A DNA stretch of 63,657 nt, filler included, from Octopus bimaculoides (taxonomy: Eukaryota), in NCBI RefSeq assembly GCF_001194135.2. It is 7 parts of 7 records of this genome, joined end to end, with 100 filler letters (N's around TTAATTAATTAA, not from the genome) between each part and the next. Parts side by side here need not be neighbours in the genome. Positions count along the whole stretch, not along the records: positions 47,644 to 60,639 come from NW_026363910.1; positions 60,740 to 63,657 come from NC_069003.1; 5 more parts are not named here. The stretch is one strand, 5' to 3'. Of the stretch, positions 54,401-63,657 are shown piece after piece. Positions within the stretch are counted from its first letter, which is position 1. Every line of letters begins with the position of its first letter. Made by a program: the position numbers and the translations under genes. A model generated the notes under the pieces. That model was not told the DNA's origin and searched no databases. It saw only the letters and a list, made by a program, of their open reading frames with translations.

Positions 54401-54939
54401 NNNNNNNNNNNNNNNNNNNNNNNNNNNNNNNNNNNNNNNNNNNNNNNNNNNNNNNNNNNNNNNNNNNNNNNNNNNNNNNNNNNNNNNNNNNNNNNNNNNN
54501 NNNNNNNNNNNNNNNNNNNNNNNNNNNNNNNNNNNNNNNNNNNNNNNNNNNNNNNNNNNNNNNNNNNNNNNNNNNNNNNNNNNNNNNNNNNNNNNNNNNN
54601 NNNNNNNNNNNNNNNNNNNNNNNNNNNNNNNNNNNNNNNNNNNNNNNNNNNNNNNNNNNNNNNNNNNNNNNNNNNNNNNNNNNNNNNNNNNNNNNNNNNN
54701 NNNNNNNNNNNNNNNNNNNNNNNNNNGTGCAACAATTTCTAAATATCTGTGTAACAATACATTCGATATTACTGTATCTTGTGAGAACATTCAATAATAG
54801 AAAATATATTAATGAGGAGCTACAAAATATGAATTTCTAATTTGTTTTTGTATTTTTGGTTTGCAAGATTCTTGATATGAACTCGTGAGTTGAAACACAT
54901 ATTATTGTATCTCGGGAGGTTCATTGCGCCAATAACAAA

Positions 54940-54991
<52 letters not shown>

Positions 54992-55194
54992 GGTTTTGTT
55001 TGACTTCTTTAGTTTTTTATTTGACTCACCATTTAACCATATTAACTAATCTATTGTTTGATTAATCGTTGGATCATTCAATCAACTAGGTTTGTCAAAG
55101 TCCTTTCGTTTTCTAGAAAGTAGTGCTCAAGCTGGGGCATTGTTTCCTAGGGGGGGATCAATCTAAATTTTCTATAATAATTTCGTCTGGTTTC

Positions 55195-55860
55195 AAAGTT
55201 TTGCACAAGGTCAGCGAATTCAGTGGGGTGGGAGAGTGAGTCAATTACCTCGACCCAGTGTTCAATTAGTACTTATTTTATCGATAGCGATAGGATGGAA
55301 GGCAAAGTTGGCCTCGGTGACATTTGAACACTGAATGTAAAGACGGACTAAATGCCGCTGAGCATTTTGCCCGGCGTGCTAACGATTCTGCCAGATCGCC
55401 AACCGCCTTATGCTTCATAGAATTAAAATTGAATTAAAATAGAATTAACTAAATAAATAAAAATAAAATAGAATTAATTAAAACTTTTGGCACAAGGCCA
55501 GCAAGTTCGAGAGGGATAAGTCGATTACATCGACCCCAGTGTTCAGTTGGTACTTATTTTATCGTCTCCGAAAGGATGAAAGGCAAAGTCGACCGCGGCG
55601 GAATTTGAACCCCAGAACGTAAAGACAAACGAAATGCTATTAAGCATTTTGCCCAGCGTGCAAAAAATTCTGCCAACTCACCGCCTTATGCTTAATGATA
55701 ATATTAAGCGGATCTAACACTCGAGTGGTTCTTTAGTCTAATGGTCCCGGAAATACAAAAAAAAAAATCGAAGCTGATCCCGATAGGGCACGAACTCAGA
55801 ACGGAAAATTTTGGAACCAAATACAGCAAAGTATTTTGCCCGACGCTCAACTGATTCTGT
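55195..55860 (-). mobile_element. Cluster of three SINE family B copies
   Basis: 55195-55410, 55492-55690 and a decayed 55750-55860 copy match the reverse complement of 28728-28945. Confidence 0.75.
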
Positions 55861-55879
55861 CTGTTTATTGCCTATTATA

Positions 55880-56016
55880 GATGTTTTCGATCTAGTTTGG
55901 ATTCTTTGCCATCAAATTTGAATTCTTCGCCATCAAAATCGAATTCTTTGCAATCAAATTTAATAGCAATGAATTCAAATTTGATGGCAAAGAATCCAAA
56001 CTAGATCGAAAACATC
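55880..56016. mobile_element. 137-bp MITE with perfect 46-bp TIRs and 21-bp sub-repeats
   Basis: 55880-55925 is the exact reverse complement of 55971-56016. Unit G(A/G)ATTCTTTGCCATCAAATTT occurs 3x on the left and 1x inverted on the right. Confidence 0.85.
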
Positions 56017-56149
56017 CATATATTAACAGGGACTTCCAAATGGTTGATTGACCAGCTACAAATAGCAGTCAATTTTCACCTAGAATACAACTTACTACTA
56101 CTTTTAAAAATGTACTTGCCGGATTACGTGATCCTGGGTTCAAAGTGTT

Positions 56150-56445
56150 GTGGTTTCTTCCTTCTCGAGCCATGCCTGGCTCATAAGGGCTGTTTTCTCG
56201 GTCCCATTGGCGTATAGGTTCTCCACCTGGATGGAACGCCGGTCCGTCAAAGGTGAGCTGTTAGATGCAGGAGGAAAGAGTGAAAGAAAGTTATGGCAAA
56301 AGAGTCAGCAGAAGTTCACCATTACCTTCTGCCAGAGCCACGTGGAGCTTAGGTGTTTCGCTCATAAACACACACATCACCCGTTCTGAGATACGAACCC
56401 GCGATCCCGTGACCGCGAGTCCGCTGCTCTAACCACTAGGCCATG
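56150..56445 (-). mobile_element. tRNA(Arg)-like-headed SINE
   Basis: Minus strand TGGCCTAGTGGTTAGAGCAGCGGACTCGCGGTCACGGGATCGCGGGTTCGTATC (A and B boxes) followed by a SINE body. Confidence 0.8.
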
Positions 56446-56989
56446 TTCCTCTGCAGGTTCAAAGTAAGTAAGAAAAAATAGGGTTGTCTCGGTTGACATG
56501 AGTTTGATCATTGGTTTCTTAGATTAGATCTGACCTAGGGCTAAACAGCCACAGTCACAGCAATAACAACGTTATTTTATTAAACTCAGATGGGGAAAAA
56601 AAAGCAGAGTGGAGCTTTGTGGTGTCTTTACAGAGAACGTAGAGGGACCAAGTTATACATCATTAAGTAATGTGTGTGTGTGTGTGTGTGTGTAAGCGGA
56701 TGCGTGTGTATGTGCATATATTTGTGTATTGTGTATTTTTGTATGTAAGTGGTTGTACGATAGTGTGCGTGTGTATGCGTGCGTAAGTGTATGTTTGTGC
56801 AGATGTGTGTGAGTGTGCGTGTACGCTTATATGTGTATATACATATGTGTGTGTGTGTGTGTATTTGTGTATGTGAATGCTCGTACGATACTTTGCGTGT
56901 GTATGCGGATGTGTATTTGTATATGGGTGTTCGCGCAGGTGTGGACGCGTGTATGCATGTAAGTATATAGATGTGCGTGTGTGTGATGT

Positions 56990-57020
<31 letters not shown>

Positions 57021-57070
57021 TATGTGTATGTGACAATATGTCTGAAATTTCTGCGGCATCAAGTTACCTT

Positions 57071-57114
<44 letters not shown>

Positions 57115-59078
57115 AATGCAAACACACTCACACATACACACATACAAACGAACACAAACACACTCAGAGGCGCACACACACACACACATACGCACACATA
57201 CATACACAAGCACAAATACACACACAAATAGATACACGCATACACATACAAATACAAATACACACACACAAACACAAATACACACACACAAGTACACACG
57301 CACATACACATACAAATACAAATAGACACAGACACACACAAACATACGTAGTTCCGCTTACTCTAGTTAGAGCCTCGTTTCCAGACAGCACCAACCATTT
57401 CCCATCACCTTCCCGCCATTATACAACCATTTATGACAAAAGCCATTGTGTGGCACACATCACGTGGTGCTATGCAATTTGCTCGGCGCATTCTTTCGCA
57501 TCGTTTGATGTGGAATAATTACTTGCCCCTTATCTAGAATGTCCAGGACCCAAGAGAGATAAAATTGTATATTTATTTCAGAGGGAAATGGGAAAACGCT
57601 AAAAAAAAAAGAAGGTTCCAGTTTAATCGATTCTTTGNNNNNNNNNNNNNNNNNNNNNNNNNNNNNNNNNNNNNNNNNNNNNNNNNNNNNNNNNNNNNNN
57701 NNNNNNNNNNNNNNNNNNNNNNNNNNNNNNNNNNNNNNNNNNNNNNNNNNNNNNNNNNNNNNNNNNNNNNNNNNNNNNNNNNNNNNNNNNNNNNNNNNNN
57801 NNNNNNNNNNNNNNNNNNNNNNNNNNNNNNNNNNNNNNNNNNNNNNNNNNNNNNNNNNNNNNNNNNNNNNNNNNNNNNNNNNNNNNNNNNNNNNNNNNNN
57901 NNNNNNNNNNNNNNNNNNNNNNNNNNNNNNNNNNNNNNNNNNNNNNNNNNNNNNNNNNNNNNNNNNNNNNNNNNNNNNNNNNNNNNNNNNNNNNNNNNNN
58001 NNNNNNNNNNNNNNNNNNNNNNNNNNNNNNNNNNNNNNNNNNNNNNNNNNNNNNNNNNNNNNNNNNNNNNNNNNNNNNNNNNNNNNNNNNNNNNNNNNNN
58101 NNNNNNNNNNNNNNNNNNNNNNNNNNNNNNNNNNNNNNNNNNNNNNNNNNNNNNNNNNNNNNNNNNNNNNNNNNNNNNNNNNNNNNNNNNNNNNNNNNNN
58201 NNNNNNNNNNNNNNNNNNNNNNNNNNNNNNNNNNNNNNNNNNNNNNNNNNNNNNNNNNNNNNNNNNNNNNNNNNNNNNNNNNNNNNNNNNNNNNNNNNNN
58301 NNNNNNNNNNNNNNNNNNNNNNNNNNNNNNNNNNNNNNNNNNNNNNNNNNNNNNNNNNNNNNNNNNNNNNNNNNNNNNNNNNNNNNNNNNNNNNNNNNNN
58401 NNNNNNNNNNNNNNNNNNNNNNNNNNNNNNNNNNNNNNNNNNNNNNNNNNNNNNNNNNNNNNNNNNNNNNNNNNNNNNNNNNNNNNNNNNNNNNNNNCAC
58501 ACACACATACACGCATATACTCTCCTACGCTCGGTACACTCGGCGTGAAGTTATATAGTGTATAGCTGACGAAAACAAACTTTTTGTAACGATATATTAT
58601 ATGGCTTATACGTGCGTCAGTGCCCGCGTGGTTATGTGTCAATGCGTTTATATGTATGTATGTATATATATGTATATATATATATATATCTGTGTGCATG
58701 GGGTGTGTTGGAGAGGAAAATGAGGGGAGAGAGAAGATACTGTCCAATCTATGAACGGACAACAACGGTAAAAAAGTACTCAAAACTGGACGTCGAGCAA
58801 TAGATAAGTAAATTAAGCAAACGCTGAATAAATTCGGGAATGCTCTTTTCTACAGTTCTATCTTGTTATGGGATTAGCGTATTGAACTATCTGTGCATCA
58901 TCACATACAAACATGCATGCATACGTATAATGATATATATATGCATGTATATATAGAGAGTGGTGTATATATGTATAAATATATAGATATAATGATGTGT
59001 GTGCGCGCGCGCGCGTGTGATTGATCGCTAGCCACTAAACCTTTTATTTATTTTCTCTCTCTGTTTATTTCTGTGTTC

Positions 59079-59114
59079 CTTTCTGTCGAAGAGCGTAGGC
59101 TCGAAACGTAAAAG
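59079..59114 (+). ncRNA. Ultra-minimal hammerhead-like motif (A6U)
   Basis: CTTT-CTGTCGA-A-GAGC(GTAG)GCTC-GAAAC-GTA-AAAG: perfect 4-bp stems I and II, ACGT-only stem III. Confidence 0.55.
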
Positions 59115-59689
59115 ACTTTCTCACTTCCCCAGCGTTAAACTAATACACCTGTTTGTTGTTTACACACACGTTTTCGTCTCTTGTTTTGTTTTGTTTTTTT
59201 TTTGTAAATTCCAACTATANNNNNNNNNNNNNNNNNNNNNNNNNNNNNNNNNNNNNNNNNNNNNNNNNNNNNNNNNNNNNNNNNNNNNNNNNNNNNNNNN
59301 NNNNNNNNNNNNNNNNNNNNNNNNNNNNNNNNNNNNNNNNNNNNNNNNNNNNNNNNNNNNNNNNNNNNNNNNNNNNNNNNNNNNNNNNNNNNNNNNNNNN
59401 NNNNNTATATATATATATATATATATACGCAAATATATTTAAATAGATAGATAGACAAATATGATCTCTCACACACAGTAATATTGGTGTTCATTTTCTC
59501 AGAAACGTCAAGTTATGGGGACGTAAACAACTCAACGCCGGTTGCCAAACGATGGTTGGGGTGGGGAGGAAACAAACGCAGTCACAAAGCCACATACTCA
59601 CACACGCACGTACGCACACACACACACACACGCATACACACACGCATAAACGTGCACATACACGCAAAACAGACATATTAGCAAATTAA

Positions 59690-59905
59690 CTTTTAGACTG
59701 CAGCCATTCTATCAGTTACTTTGCCGATCCGCAAGTTTACGGAGACGTAAACACACCAGCACCGGGTGTCAAGCGGTGTTGGGCGACAAACACACGCATG
59801 CACCCCGCCATACGCACACACATACACGCATATACGATGAGCTTCCTTCAGTTTCCTCCTACCAAATCCACTCACAACTGAGAAGGCCTTGGCTGGCTCG
59901 AGGTT
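59690..59905 (-). mobile_element. SINE family A, degenerate
   Basis: Similar to 37022-37420. Confidence 0.7.
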
Positions 59906-59994
59906 TATAGTTGAAGACGATACGCAGTGAAATGTGACAGACAGTAGAACGATGGACACCCCAAATCAAGACATTCCATAAAATCATAAGTCTG

Positions 59995-60392
59995 AAGTTA
60001 TCGGGAAGGGGTCTAGTTGATTACATCGACCCCACTGGTACTTAGTTTATCGACCCCAAGAGGATGAAAAGCAAAGTCGACTTCGACGGAATTTGAACTC
60101 AGAACGTAGCGCTGGGCGAAATACTGCGAAGCATTTCGTGCAACGTGCTAACGATTTTTATTTCTTTATTGCCCACAAGGGGCTAAACATAGAGGAGACA
60201 AACGAGGACAGACAAAGGGATTATGTCGATTACATCGACCCCACTGCGTAACTGGTACTTAATATATCAACCCCGAAAGGATGAAAAGCAAAATCGACCT
60301 CGGCGGAATTTGAGCTCAGAACGTAACGGCAGACGAAATACCGCTAAGCAATTTGCCCGGCATGCTAACGTCTCTGCTAGCTCGCCGCCTTA
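59995..60392 (-). mobile_element. Two tandem SINE family B copies
   Basis: 59995-60150 and 60215-60392 match the reverse complement of 28728-28945. Confidence 0.85.
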
Positions 60393-60782
60393 TTCCAGAA
60401 AAATCATAATAAATGAATAAAAAACCTGTTGATCAATACGGTTGGAATGTATTATGATCGAACAGCAACAAGAACAACAAAACAACAACAACAACAATAA
60501 TAGCAACAATAACAACAAAGAAATACAAGAAAAGATTTGACAGACAGTGCAACAGATACTTTACGGATAAAAAAATTAAAAAAAACGAAACAAATAAAAC
60601 AGAGGATGTATTCGAAAACAAATAGATCAGAGAACAAAGNNNNNNNNNNNNNNNNNNNNNNNNNNNNNNNNNNNNNNNNNNNNTTAATTAATTAANNNNN
60701 NNNNNNNNNNNNNNNNNNNNNNNNNNNNNNNNNNNNNNNTATGTATGATTGTAATTGGTTGGTTGCATATTTGTTCGTTTGT

Positions 60783-60926
60783 CTACTTGTCTGTTTGTCT
60801 CCTATGTACTAGAAAACCAGTCGACCAATTATGCTCAAACTTGGTATGTTCCTTAAACCTAGGATTAGGTTTTGCACAAACTTGAATCCTGTCCATGACC
60901 ATGGGGTCAAATTTTTGGCCTCCAGG

Positions 60927-60927
<1 letters not shown>
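60783..60927 (-). mobile_element. Non-autonomous repeat fragment, possibly Helentron/DINE-like
   Basis: Minus strand CCAAGTTTGAGCATAATTGGTCGACTGGTTTTC...GACAAACAGACAAGTAGACAAAC. Same architecture as 2490-2690. Confidence 0.3.
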
Positions 60928-60999
<72 letters not shown>

Positions 61000-61133
61000 G
61001 CAAGCAGGCAGGCAGGCAGGCAGGCAGACGGACAAGCAGAAAGACAGAGACATGTGGACGGATGGACGGATGGATGGGTGGATGGGTGTGCGGATGAGAG
61101 AGTAGGTGGATGGACAGAGAGACAGACAGACAC

Positions 61134-61198
<65 letters not shown>

Positions 61199-61728
61199 GG
61201 TACCTGTGATATTGGAGGGTGAGCATGGTGAATAATCATGGAACGAGAGTAGGCGAAGAGAGATTATTTCTGTCAGAGAAGTGCGCGTTTGCTGATTGGT
61301 TAATTTTGGCCATACGTTGGCGGAATTAATTGTAGGAGATGTTGTATGTTAGGCTATGTATGTTTGTATGGAACTGGACGTATAAGAATGGAAATTATGT
61401 GAGAGAGGCTGACGGCAGTGGTATCGATTCAGGCATTCATCACAGAATGCTGTAATTGTATGCCAATGTGGTGCTGTCACCATAAAATGGTGTGATATCG
61501 ATATAGTAAGGTGAAGGGGATAATGACTTAACAGCAAAATGGAATGTCGATTGTATTAATGTTGGAAGGGAGCAAAAACATTTTTTAAGTATAACCAAGT
61601 TTTATTTTGTGCTTTGTTAATTATCGTTCTTAATTATATCATTACCACTGTTGCTGAGAGGTTAGTTTTGAAGAACTACCAAACAGCTTTCACGTCAGAC
61701 TTTAAATATGACGATCGTACTTTTTAAA

Positions 61729-62496
61729 CCCTTTTGATACCAAACCGCCCGAGACTGCCTTTGTTTCTGTGATACAAACTTCCTGTTGTAAAGTAATTTA
61801 AATTAGAACCTTCCATCAAAATTTCATGTTACTTTATGTTTCAAACACCAGCTTAATAATTACAAAGTTATTTCACTAAATTCCTCATTAATTTCAAAAT
61901 TAAGTGAAACAAAGCCTGCGTGCTCCGTAACTGACCTGAGATCGCCCCGAGTTCTATGATAAAATCTTGCTGTTTTAAAGTGATATCGATTTAAAATTTC
62001 TTCCATGAAAATTTCATGTTAATTTATGTCTCAAACATAAGCTTAATAATAAAATTGTAAAGCGAGCAGCCACACCAAAGTGGCAGATAAATATTACTAC
62101 TAGTTTAACCCCAGGTGGATTCTCCACCAGCTGGTTTTCAGAGTAGCTACCCGCTTTATTGTTTAGTATACGTTACTACTCTATCTCTTCTTAAGATTTT
62201 ATAAATAACAAAATTATTTTACTAAATTCACTATTTTCAAAAGTAATTGAAAGAAAGCTAGTGTTGTATGACTATAACCTGACACTTACCCCTGGTGCGA
62301 TACATATATACAAATATACAAACTTTCTGTTTTAAAGTGATATAAATTAAAGCCTATCAAAATTTCATATTGTGTTCCAAACGACAACTTAATAATGACA
62401 ATTCTATTTTATGAATTTTACTAAATTCTTCATTATCTTCAAACTTATTTGGAACAAAAACAGTGTATCTCAGAAGAAATATGGTAAAAAAAAGGG
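61729..62496 (+). mobile_element. piggyBac-type MITE with tandemly amplified ~200-250-bp interior
   Basis: Termini CCCTTTTGATACC / GGTAAAAAAAAGGG, flanked by TTTAAA and TTAA. Interior unit (AAAATTTCATGTTAATTTATG...CTTAATAAT...ACTAAATTC) occurs three times, plus a fourth partial copy at 62501-62640. Confidence 0.7.
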
Positions 62497-62872
62497 TTAA
62501 GTTTATCTAAATTAAAACCTATCACAATTTCATGTTAATTTGCTAATCTCATGTTAATAATGACGAAATTATTTAACTAAATTCTTAATTATTATCAATA
62601 CTCATAGAAACAAAAAGAAATTTGAATTTCAACAAAAGTATGGAAACGAAAGAGTTTAAAATGTCTCGATGCTTTTTTTCTGTCTCTGTCTATGTGAGTG
62701 TGTGTGTGCGTATACGTGTGTGTGTGTCTCTGTCTCTCTCTTCCCTCTCTCTCTTTCCCTCTCCCTCTCTCTCCCTCTCTCTCTCTCTCTCTCTTCTTTG
62801 TTCTCTTCCTTTTTATTATTTAATTTTGTTTTATTTTATATTTCTTTTTGACATGGTTGCCGTTTGGAGCAG

Positions 62873-63286
62873 GATGACAAAAGCACCTTGGACAAACCAC
62901 AAGATGTGCAACGCCGTTACAGCCTGGTACCACCAACGTCTGCCGTTCCAGGCATCAGCTTGACAACCGAAGACAACAGCTGCGGAACCAGTCCCGACTA
63001 CTCACGTCGACCAAGTGCCCATAGCTTGGGAACCTTTAATCTACCCGTAAGTGCTGCTTTTGATCGGTTAACCGGAGGCAGTTTGTATCGGCGCTCCAGC
63101 GCCCACAGCCTGGGGGTGCTGCCAATTGGCCTGAGCGGGCACACAGAGTGGGGTAGCAATTCCAGCCGACGTTCGAGCTCGCATAGTTTGGGTATGTACT
63201 CCCTGAGCTATTTCGGTGAAGATGGCTGGAGTAGACAAAGTTCTCGGAGGACAAGCGCCCATAGTCTTGGACCGGTGATCATGCCC
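62873..63286 (+). CDS. Internal coding exon (phase 0-0, 138 aa) with four RRxS(A/S)HSLG modules; protein unidentified
   Basis: Long polypyrimidine tract, GAGCAG| acceptor, CCC|GTAAGT donor at 63287, open frame. The motif amino acids are conserved while their codons are synonymously diverged. Confidence 0.8.
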
Positions 63287-63657
63287 GTAAGTTCATACAG
63301 AAATAATAGTCCAATGTGAAACAAAAAAAACACCCCTGCTGTGATTACTGTGATCTCTGGATGTTGTCAATATCGGCACCCACCCGTGCGACTACCCGCC
63401 CACCACCCTTTTTCTCTTGACTTATACACGTTTGCCCTCTCAGCTCCACGCCAAATCAATCAAAAGACAGACATACCACAAAGTTTAATCGTAGTTTGCA
63501 TACACATACATGCACATACGCATACACACACTTAGAGAAACCTGCAGACATATTATATATATGCATATATATATATATATACTCACGTACACACATGTAT
63601 GCACATGCTTGTATACAAATATATATATGCATGTATGTATGTATGTACATATATATA

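Noticed and set aside
56375-56445. tRNA-Arg-like sequence as a tRNA gene
   Set aside because: It continues directly into a SINE body and lacks a clean acceptor stem; it is a SINE head
41537-63286. Mucin region and RRxS exon as ecto- and endodomain of one membrane mucin
   Set aside because: Same strand, but no transmembrane exon is visible between them, and several gaps (two with linkers) intervene. Cannot be supported without transcripts

Overview
Gappy, AT-rich eukaryotic scaffold (about 7 kb of N, including six 100-bp gaps carrying an artificial TTAATTAATTAA linker). It is dominated by di-, tri- and tetranucleotide microsatellites and tRNA-derived SINEs. The repeat content looks like an octopus/cephalopod genome (inference, not checked against a database). 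Almost all ORFs in the supplied track are artefacts of N runs or microsatellites. Two protein-coding segments are well supported, both on the + strand. One is a ~6-kb Thr/Ser/Pro/Ile mucin-type region (41537-47543, both ends in gaps). The other is a 414-nt exon (62873-63286) encoding four R-R-x-S-(A/S)-H-S-L-G modules, with two in-frame CCC|GTAAGT donors. Mobile-element relics include three R4/Dong-like RLE-type LINE pieces in (TAA)n arrays, an RTE-like LINE, a mariner transposase fragment, a mariner MITE, a piggyBac-type MITE array and several palindromic elements. The main unannotated signal is a set of about eight minimal type-I hammerhead-ribozyme-like cassettes from several unrelated repeat families, each eroded by one or a few changes. 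The most striking sits at the apex of a ~320-nt fold-back rod element (20325-20634). No CRISPR array, rRNA or bona fide tRNA gene was found.
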